DNA of 64,000 nucleotides from Vampirovibrio sp. (GTDB lineage Bacteria; Cyanobacteriota; Vampirovibrionia; Vampirovibrionales; Vampirovibrionaceae): NCBI RefSeq assembly GCF_041737375.1, contig NZ_JBGSRV010000006.1, positions 134,022 to 198,021 of the forward strand, read 5' to 3'. Shown piece by piece: positions 58,640 to 64,000 of this stretch (position 1 is its first letter; each line of letters starts with the position of its first letter). The notes under the pieces were generated by a model. It saw only the letters and a program-made list of their open reading frames with translations, ran no database searches and was not told where the DNA came from. The position numbers and the translations under genes were made by a program.

Positions 58640-59127
58640 AACGGCTCTGGACAGTTTACCGAAGAGCAGATCGTCAAAGCTTTGCAGGCTGTGGAAACCG
58701 GTGGCAAGAAGGCTGTGGACCAGCAGCGTGAGCTGGGCGTTAGCAATGCAACCTAGTACATCTGGAAGCGGAAATATGGCGGCTTGAACGTGAGCGAAGT
58801 CAGGAGGTTGCGGGAAATGGAGCAGGAAAACACACAATTGAAGCGGATCGTAGCGAATCTCATGCTGGAAAATGAAGCCATTAAGGAGGTTCTAAAAAAG
58901 CTTTAAGGCCCAGTGAGCGTCGCGAGGTGGTGGGAATGCTCCAGCAGCAAGGACTCTCCCACCGCCAAGCCTGTCATTTGGCAGGCATTTCCCGCAGTGT
59001 GGACAAATACGTGGCCAGGAATCCTAACGAGGCCTTGGTAGCCCGTATGAGAGAGCTGGCTTTTGAGCATATTTGGAAATGGCAGAATAAAAACGTACCA
59101 TTTTTGAGCAAAATGGCGGCGTAAAAG
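58640..59127 (+). pseudogene. IS3-family element fragment: OrfA with in-frame TAG plus 5' part of OrfB
   Basis: It reads GQFTEEQIVKALQAVETGGKKAVDQQRELGVSNAT, then a stop, then YIWKRKYGGLNVSEVRRLREMEQENTQLKRIVANLMLENEAIKEVLKKL. The OrfB start follows (LSHRQACHLAGISRSV...) and is truncated after ~65 aa. Confidence 0.6.
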
Positions 59128-59179
59128 TGTACCATTTCGCCAATGGTTCTGGTTGACTGGAAATGTCAATTGAGCGGGA

Positions 59180-59535
59180 TTGGAAGATGGTCGAGCGGTG
59201 AAGGATGCGTATATGAAGGAGTTGGTACGCAAGGCGTATTATCGCGAGCAGAAAAGCGAGCGAGAGATAGCGCGTGAACTGGGTATACACCGGGATACAG
59301 TGAGTCGACTGCTGAAGTTGGAACCAAGCGAAATCCCGAAGTTACAGAGGAAAGACTGGCATTCCCCAGTTGTAGGTCCTTATATAGCGGTGATTCAAGC
59401 CTGGCTGGAGATGGATATCCTGGCTCCCCGCAAGCAACAGCACACGGCTAAGCGCATTTACGACCGGTTAGTCGAAGAATATCAGTTCCAGGGCTCCTAC
59501 CGTCGAATTCGAGAAGTGGTAGCGGAACTTCGCCA
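59180..59535 (+). pseudogene. IS21-family IstA transposase N-terminal fragment (HTH)
   Basis: KELVRKAYYREQKSEREIARELGIHRDTVSRLLK...APRKQQHTAKRIYDRL is the IstA N-terminus, cut off after ~115 aa. Confidence 0.55.
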
Positions 59536-59896
59536 AAAACACTTCCGGCTGCTTTTTCTTCAGTTGGGCTACTAACCCCCGAATCCCCCGTTCGCTGCCA
59601 GTATAGCCAAGTTCTGTTTTCAAGCGTTCGTATATACGTCGGGCAGTATGACGCTGCTTGCGAGGAGCTTGCTCATCTGCGGCCAGTATCTCGGCAATCC
59701 AGTGCTCGTATTGGCCTAAAGTGGGCTTGGGTTTTGCTTGCTTTAATTGATATTGCCGCTTTTCCCCAGCCTGCGTCTTTAATAGTCGACTAACTGTGTT
59801 TCTCGAAAAACCCAGCTCCCGCGCAATCTCACGCTCGCTTTTACCGTCGACCCAATATGCCTTGCGCACTGCTTCCTGTTCGTACACGCTCTTCAC
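59536..59896 (-). pseudogene. Second IS21-family IstA N-terminal fragment in inverted orientation, abutting the first
   Basis: EAVRKAYWVDGKSEREIARELGFSRNTVSRLLK...APRKQRHTARRIYERL is about 60% identical to the plus-strand fragment. The two ORFs run into each other around 59530. Confidence 0.55.
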
Positions 59897-60092
59897 CCTT
59901 GTTCTACCCTCTCTTGGCCTGTTCTGCTATACACAAAACCTAACCCAAAGAGGTGGCTCAAAATATGTTTGCCATTCTTCTCAAAAATGGCTCAATTTTA
60001 GATTACCGTTTACAACTTTCAGGATGTTTGTGCTGACCATGGTTTGATTTTTGTTAAAAACAGCGCATAATATGCACTAAAAGGAGCATTTT

Positions 60093-60338
60093 ATGAATAT
60101 CACATTGACCGAAGAACTGGAAAAGTTTGTCCGTTCTCAAGTGGACACAGGGCTTTATAGCTCACCTAGTGAAGTGATTAGAGAGGCTCTAAGGCTTTTA
60201 TATCGTCAGTATGTGGATTATGAGGTTGGCCTTGGCCTGAAACAGCGTGAGCAAGGGCAAGTTGTTTCCGGAGAAGAGTCATATCGGAAGATGCAACAGC
60301 TAATGTCTCAGTACGAGCCTAAGACGAATGCTTCATAA
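60093..60338 (+). CDS. parD: ParD-family type II antitoxin
   Basis: MNITLTEELEKFVRSQVDTGLYSSPSEVIREALRLL matches the ParD/RHH-like antitoxin consensus. Confidence 0.7.
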   Translation: MNITLTEELEKFVRSQVDTGLYSSPSEVIREALRLLYRQYVDYEVGLGLKQREQGQVVSGEESYRKMQQLMSQYEPKTNAS

Positions 60339-60613
60339 ATACAGCCTTTCCAGGTTGGCTGAGTCGGATATTATCTCTATTTACCGATATATTGCCGAAG
60401 AGGACTTGAGTCCAGCCGAGGCTGGTCTATGAGCGAATTGTCGATACGCTTGAGATGCTGAGCCAGTTTCCAGAAATAGCTCAGTACCGGCCGGACATTA
60501 CCTCGCATCCCGTCAAAGTCTTTCCGATTCCTAAAACCCGTTATTTGGTGTTTTATGATCCTCAATCGACTCCCCTCTTTATTGTCCGGGTCTTAAGTTC
60601 CAGCATGAATTGA
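60328..60613 (+). pseudogene. parE: ParE-family toxin gene with a 1-nt frameshift
   Basis: Frame 1 reads MLHKYSLSRLAESDIISIYRYIAEEDLSPAEAGL then stops. The adjacent frame continues RLVYERIVDTLEMLSQFPEIAQYRPDITSHPVKVFPIPKTRYLVFYDPQSTPLFIVRVLSS, which is ParE colinear. It overlaps parD by 11 nt. Confidence 0.6.
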
Positions 60614-60662
60614 CCTCTCTGCTAAAAGGGGCGGATCAGTTTTCGGCTAGCGAGTAGTCCAC

Positions 60663-61250
60663 TTAGTCCCACATCCTGGCCGCAATAGCCCGCTGTTCCT
60701 CTCCTAATGCGTTAGCGTAAATGGCGGTCACTTCTAAACTAGCGTGACCCATCCACTTGCTGACCATATTGAGCGGGATGCCGGTGGTAATCGCGATAAC
60801 CCCAAAGCCGTGGCGGAGTCCCTTGGGGCATTTATGGGGGCCGTCGGGAATGTGCGCCTGGTTCATAACTTCCAGAATATGCCGCTAGGCGGTGGTTCTG
60901 GAAAAGTCCCAGAGGGGCAGCCCCAGCCGGTTCTTTTTCCGTTTGGCCGATTCTTGCAAGCCGTGGGCCGTATTCAGGGTATCCAGCATTGAGTCCGGCA
61001 CTGGAACCGCCCGGTAAACCCCGGCTTTCCGCTTCTTGAGCGTTTCAAAGACAATGGCCTTCTGTCCAAAGTCGATACTTCTCCCTGTGAGGGCCAGGGC
61101 TTCCGAAATGCGGCAGCCGCTATAGGCCATGACCATACAAAAGGTTCTGATTAGTCGGTCGGTTTGAGCGGCGGCCTTCAGAAAGGCGGTTCGTTCGCTT
61201 TGGGTGATATAGAGGCGCTGGCCGTTGGCATCAAAAAGGGAGGCGGTCAT
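60663..61250 (-). pseudogene. Tyrosine recombinase/integrase, catalytic domain only, interrupted by an in-frame TAG (60885-60887)
   Basis: The upstream ORF has GCRISEALAL (catalytic Arg box). After the TAG the same frame continues RHILEVMNQAHIPDGPHKCPKGLRHGFG...MGHASLEVTAIYA, covering the His-x-x-Arg and Tyr boxes. No N-terminal SAM-like domain is present. Confidence 0.6.
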
Positions 61251-61516
61251 TGAAATAAATCGGCATGACTGCCGGTACGCACTAATTCTACAAACTCTTC
61301 AGTCACGACATAGATTAGCAGCCAATCTGGCTCAATATGGCAATCCCAACACGGTCGCCACTCTCCAACCAAGGGGTGAGCGACATGTTTGGCATCCAAT
61401 GGGGTATCGGTGGCCAAGGCTTCCACAATGGTAGCCAGCTTGTTTAAGTCTTTCCCGCGTTTCTTGGCCCGTTTCAAGTCTCGGCGAAATTGGCTACTTT
61501 GTTTGATCTGTCTCAT
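61247..61516 (-). CDS. yafQ: YafQ/RelE-family type II toxin (mRNA interferase)
   Basis: QFRRDLKRAKKRGKDLNKL...HPLVGEWRPCWDCHIEPDWLLIY...RTGSHADLF is colinear with E. coli YafQ. Confidence 0.75.
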   Translation of the reverse strand: MRQIKQSSQFRRDLKRAKKRGKDLNKLATIVEALATDTPLDAKHVAHPLVGEWRPCWDCHIEPDWLLIYVVTEEFVELVRTGSHADLFQ

Positions 61517-61770
61517 TATTCAAGGGACTGCTTAAACTCGGCGAGGCTACTAATGGTCACGTCCCGGTTTTTTTCCAGATCGTTCAAGGCGCTGAGTGTT
61601 TCTGCATTAGGCAGCTTCACCTCAAAAGGCAGGCCATTATGTAATTCCACCTGATGAAAAAACAGGTTAATGGCATCACTGGTGTTCATTCCCAGGCGGG
61701 CTAGGATGGTTTCCACCCGTTCCTTAAGATCAACGGTGGTTCTGGCTCGGATAAAAGCGTCTTTGGGCAT
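61516..61770 (-). CDS. dinJ: DinJ/RelB-family antitoxin
   Basis: RARTTVDLKERVETILARLGMNTSDAINLFFHQV is the RHH DinJ pattern. Its stop overlaps the yafQ start. Confidence 0.7.
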   Translation of the reverse strand: MPKDAFIRARTTVDLKERVETILARLGMNTSDAINLFFHQVELHNGLPFEVKLPNAETLSALNDLEKNRDVTISSLAEFKQSLE

Positions 61771-61995
61771 GGCTTTCTACCTCCTGCTCCTATTGTAGCC
61801 CATTTGGGATACAATCGCTAGAGGATGCGATTTGAAACGATACTTATAAAATATTGTTTCAAAAAGCGCGCTTAGGCTCAAGCCCTAAAAAGCCAAAGAA
61901 CTCTGATTTTTCAGGACTCTGGGTATCTTGGCAACTTGGTCAAAGCACAGAAACTGAAACAGAATTACCTATTCTGTTTCAAATGAATAAGTGGT

Positions 61996-62697
61996 TTAAC
62001 CCTTGTGGTTTAGAAGGAGCTGCTCAAAGAAGCCACCAAAGCGCCTTTCTTTGTCCACAAGATGAATTTCCAGAATCCAATGCCTTGGGTTGCCGAATTG
62101 GTCTGGATTACTCATTAGTGTGTGGTTCTCAGGATGAATGTAGTGAAGCGCATCATCCCCTAGAATTTTCTCATGGGGGAATTGACCAACCAGGTGCCCC
62201 GCATAAGGGCCGCCATAGACCCAGCCATGCTCAGAGGATAACTGACAAGCATACTGGTAAAGCTGACTGCCGGTTACTTGCCCACAATGCTCAATGAAAA
62301 ACCGCTGGGCTCGCTTAAAGATGATTTCCAAGTCGTTGTTTAGCTTATGCTTAAGTGGGTCATCACCAAGTACATAAGTTCTGCCATAGTCTGCTTCCCA
62401 GTCATCAAAAACAGGGCCAAAATCCAGGAAAACAATATCGTCTTCTTGAACAGTCAGGTTTTCAGGGTTATGTCGGTAAGGTAGTAGCGTATTCTCACCT
62501 GCTCGAACAATCCGTTTATGCCAGTATTTACGGATGCCGAAGAGTTTAAAGGCTAGTTCATAGACCTTATCGCTGATCTCCCGTTCTGTTAGGCCTGGAC
62601 AAATAAGCCCTTGCGACTCTACAGCATGAAATAATGCCTCGGCCTTAGTTTCTGCCTGAATAAGAGCCTTTAAAGTATCGGTATTAGTTGGTGGCAC
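61996..62697 (-). CDS. M24-family (pita-bread fold) metallopeptidase-like protein, short form
   Basis: Weak similarity to the creatinase/prolidase/MetAP fold (ENLTVQEDDIVFLDFGPVFDDWEADYGRTYVLG; HLVGQFPHE). The assignment is tentative. Confidence 0.35.
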   Translation of the reverse strand: MPPTNTDTLKALIQAETKAEALFHAVESQGLICPGLTEREISDKVYELAFKLFGIRKYWHKRIVRAGENTLLPYRHNPENLTVQEDDIVFLDFGPVFDDWEADYGRTYVLGDDPLKHKLNNDLEIIFKRAQRFFIEHCGQVTGSQLYQYACQLSSEHGWVYGGPYAGHLVGQFPHEKILGDDALHYIHPENHTLMSNPDQFGNPRHWILEIHLVDKERRFGGFFEQLLLNHKG

Positions 62698-63163
62698 AGG
62701 GTGGAAATCGCATATCGTTCTGTTAGTCTCTCTAATCCTAGTTCAAAAACGTTAAAGAGTAAAAATGCCCTATCAGGCTTGGGTCTGATAGGGCATTAAG
62801 GCTTTATTTGGAGACAGAATTACTTATTCTGTTCAAGAAGCTGCGCTTTCGTATGCAAAAGAGGGTGGCTTTTGTCAGGGTCATTCGGCATTTCTTGAAG
62901 AGTGGTCTTTAAAAAGGCCCCTTATAAGGGCTCAAATGTTGTAGCCCTTATCGGAGTCCTACAAAGGCTCGACACTTGGGCACTGCCTTCTTCAAAGAGA
63001 AGACAACTCTTTATTGTTAGGGATTGTATAGGCAGAACTTTAAGTGGCAATGCGAGATCCTTGGCTTGCCTGGAAGAAGTTATCCATAATACTGGGATTG
63101 AAGGGCACCCTGTTTTGTTGGGCCGCTTGGGAAAATTTGCTCAGCATTGTTTTTACATAGAAC

Positions 63164-63628
63164 TCATACGGTAACTTTTTGAAGGCAGAGCATGGCACAG
63201 CCAAGCTGCCAGAAGGCTTCCCAGTTCTGCCAGTGATACTCGTAGCGGATTTCAAGCTTTCTAAATTTGCCCAGCCAGGCAAAGCAACGTTCAATGGTCC
63301 AGCGGCTTTTGTAAAGGTGGGGTCTTGGCGTTCTTCGGGCCGTATTGTTTCCAAACTGCCTGCGTGGAATCAAGGGACGCAATCCTTTGTGTCGCAAGCG
63401 TCTTCTTAGCCTTTTGCAATCATACCCCTTGTCCGCTGCCAGATAGGCATCTTTTGGAATTTGGTCTACAATATCTCCGAAGGCATAACGGTCATTTCGA
63501 CCCGCTGAATCCAGATGTAACGCTTCAGGCAGTCCGTTCTCGTCTACGACGAGGCTTATCTTGCTGCCTTTTATTTTCCCGGCCCGTGAAATTCTGTCGC
63601 CCTTTTTTTGCCGACTTAATCGTGGCAT
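63164..63628 (-). CDS. IS5-family transposase OrfB (DDE catalytic part)
   Basis: C-terminal motif YKSRWTIERCFAWLGKFRKLEIRYE. It overlaps OrfA by ~100 nt in another frame. Confidence 0.65.
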   Translation of the reverse strand: MPRLSRQKKGDRISRAGKIKGSKISLVVDENGLPEALHLDSAGRNDRYAFGDIVDQIPKDAYLAADKGYDCKRLRRRLRHKGLRPLIPRRQFGNNTARRTPRPHLYKSRWTIERCFAWLGKFRKLEIRYEYHWQNWEAFWQLGCAMLCLQKVTV

Positions 63629-63911
63629 CCAGATAATATAAACGCTTGTCGGTTAAGGGCTTTAGCGATTTCATTCGTTCAAACAACGCTTCATAAAAAC
63701 CTTCTTTAAGCCAAACCCTGAAGCGATCATAAACAGTCATCTTTGGCGGAAAGCCCGGTGGCATCTCTTCCCAGCGGATGTTAGTGGACAAAACAAACAA
63801 TATAGCGTCTAAAATCTCGCGGTTACGACTCCGGGGGCGGCCAGTTCTTTGTTTTGGAATGACTGGCTCAATCAGTTCCCATTGCTCGTCACTCAAGGGT
63901 CTCCAAGGCAT
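63525..63911 (-). CDS. IS5-family transposase OrfA (N-terminal DNA-binding part)
   Basis: MPWRPLSDEQWELIEPVIPKQRTGRPRSRNREILDAILFVLSTNIRWEEMP is the typical IS427-group N-terminus. Confidence 0.65.
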   Translation of the reverse strand: MPWRPLSDEQWELIEPVIPKQRTGRPRSRNREILDAILFVLSTNIRWEEMPPGFPPKMTVYDRFRVWLKEGFYEALFERMKSLKPLTDKRLYYLDATIKSAKKGRQNFTGRENKRQQDKPRRRRERTA

Positions 63912-64000
63912 ACGCTATCCTCTTCCAAACCCTGAAATTCTAACCCAAAGTTACCGTATTGGCTCAAACAAGATAAACAATGGGTAGAATGAAAAGAATC

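Larger units (their letters stand above)
63160..63957 (-). mobile_element. IS5-family (IS427/IS1031-like) insertion sequence, ~0.8 kb, with ~18-bp terminal inverted repeats (GAnCnATACGGTAACTTT)
   Basis: Low end GAACTCATACGGTAACTTT vs reverse complement of high end GAGCCAATACGGTAACTTT. It holds a two-ORF transposase with overlapping frames (probable programmed -1 frameshift). Confidence 0.65.

Noticed and set aside
60377-60992. Small ORFs 60377..60565 (-) and 60744..60992 (+)
   Set aside because: They overlap the parE pseudogene and the integrase pseudogene on the opposite strands. The better-supported reading frames explain the region.
52634-61250. Alternative genetic code (stop-codon reassignment) suggested by in-frame TAA/TAG in IS3 orfB, the integrase, the IS3-fragment orfA and dinD
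   Set aside because: Conserved genes of expected length (rpsP, trpEGDCFBA, lptB, tmk, flhA, petC-like) terminate on TAA, TAG and TGA at the canonical positions. The stops are confined to mobile-element and accessory genes, so pseudogenisation is the simpler explanation.
61854-62297. 147-aa plus-strand ORF
   Set aside because: It overlaps the longer minus-strand M24-like ORF and has no homology signal. The two are mutually exclusive.

Overview
This 64-kb window is bacterial chromosome at roughly 50% GC, with dense operon-like gene packing, and it splits into two parts.

Positions 1-47.8 kb are core genome.
- Nt 1-4876 hold an unusual respiratory cluster: a Rieske protein, a cytochrome b (fused b6/subunit-IV type), two small membrane proteins, a second cytochrome b fused to a 2x[4Fe-4S] ferredoxin domain, an MvhD-like [2Fe-2S] protein, a 38-aa single-TM peptide and a further membrane protein.
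- Downstream come rpsP, two tandem paralogous secreted proteins, a sulfite-oxidase-family Mo enzyme and lptA-lptB-lptF/G.
- A DnaJ-like J-protein precedes a contiguous fliP-fliQ-fliR-flhB-flhA type-III export-gate operon.
- Next are a CDF-CBS-CorC fusion transporter, an M48-like protease, tmk, an R3H/AAA ATPase (Ycf45-like), a 4Fe-4S protein (LdpA-like) and tRNA-Thr(CGU) followed by a DinD-like gene.
- A bacterioferritin gene precedes a complete trpEGDCFBA operon, which has a classic Trp-Trp-Trp leader peptide and an attenuator.
- The core part ends with a Wza/Wzc/beta-helix/GT2 polysaccharide cluster, pirin, DoxX, MarR, a YkoF-like protein and a MacA/MacB-type efflux system.

Positions ~47.9-64 kb look like a decayed integrative island.
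- It begins with a tRNA 3'-half-like fragment next to an intrinsic terminator, which I read as an att remnant.
- It carries three type-II toxin-antitoxin pairs (MazEF-like, ParDE with a frameshifted ParE, and DinJ-YafQ).
- It has an AlpA-like excisionase-type HTH protein and a tyrosine integrase with an in-frame stop.
- Its insertion sequences are an IS3 copy inactivated by stops at Trp codons, a complete IS5-family copy, plus IS3, IS5 and inverted IS21 fragments.
- Its cargo is uncharacterised: a 560-aa Gly/Gln-rich protein, a secreted internally duplicated protein, and an AAA(Clp-like) ATPase, coiled-coil protein and ankyrin-repeat protein in a row.

The two most interesting candidates for undescribed systems are the Rieske/cyt b/cyt b-ferredoxin/MvhD module and the island's AAA-coiled-coil-ankyrin gene block.
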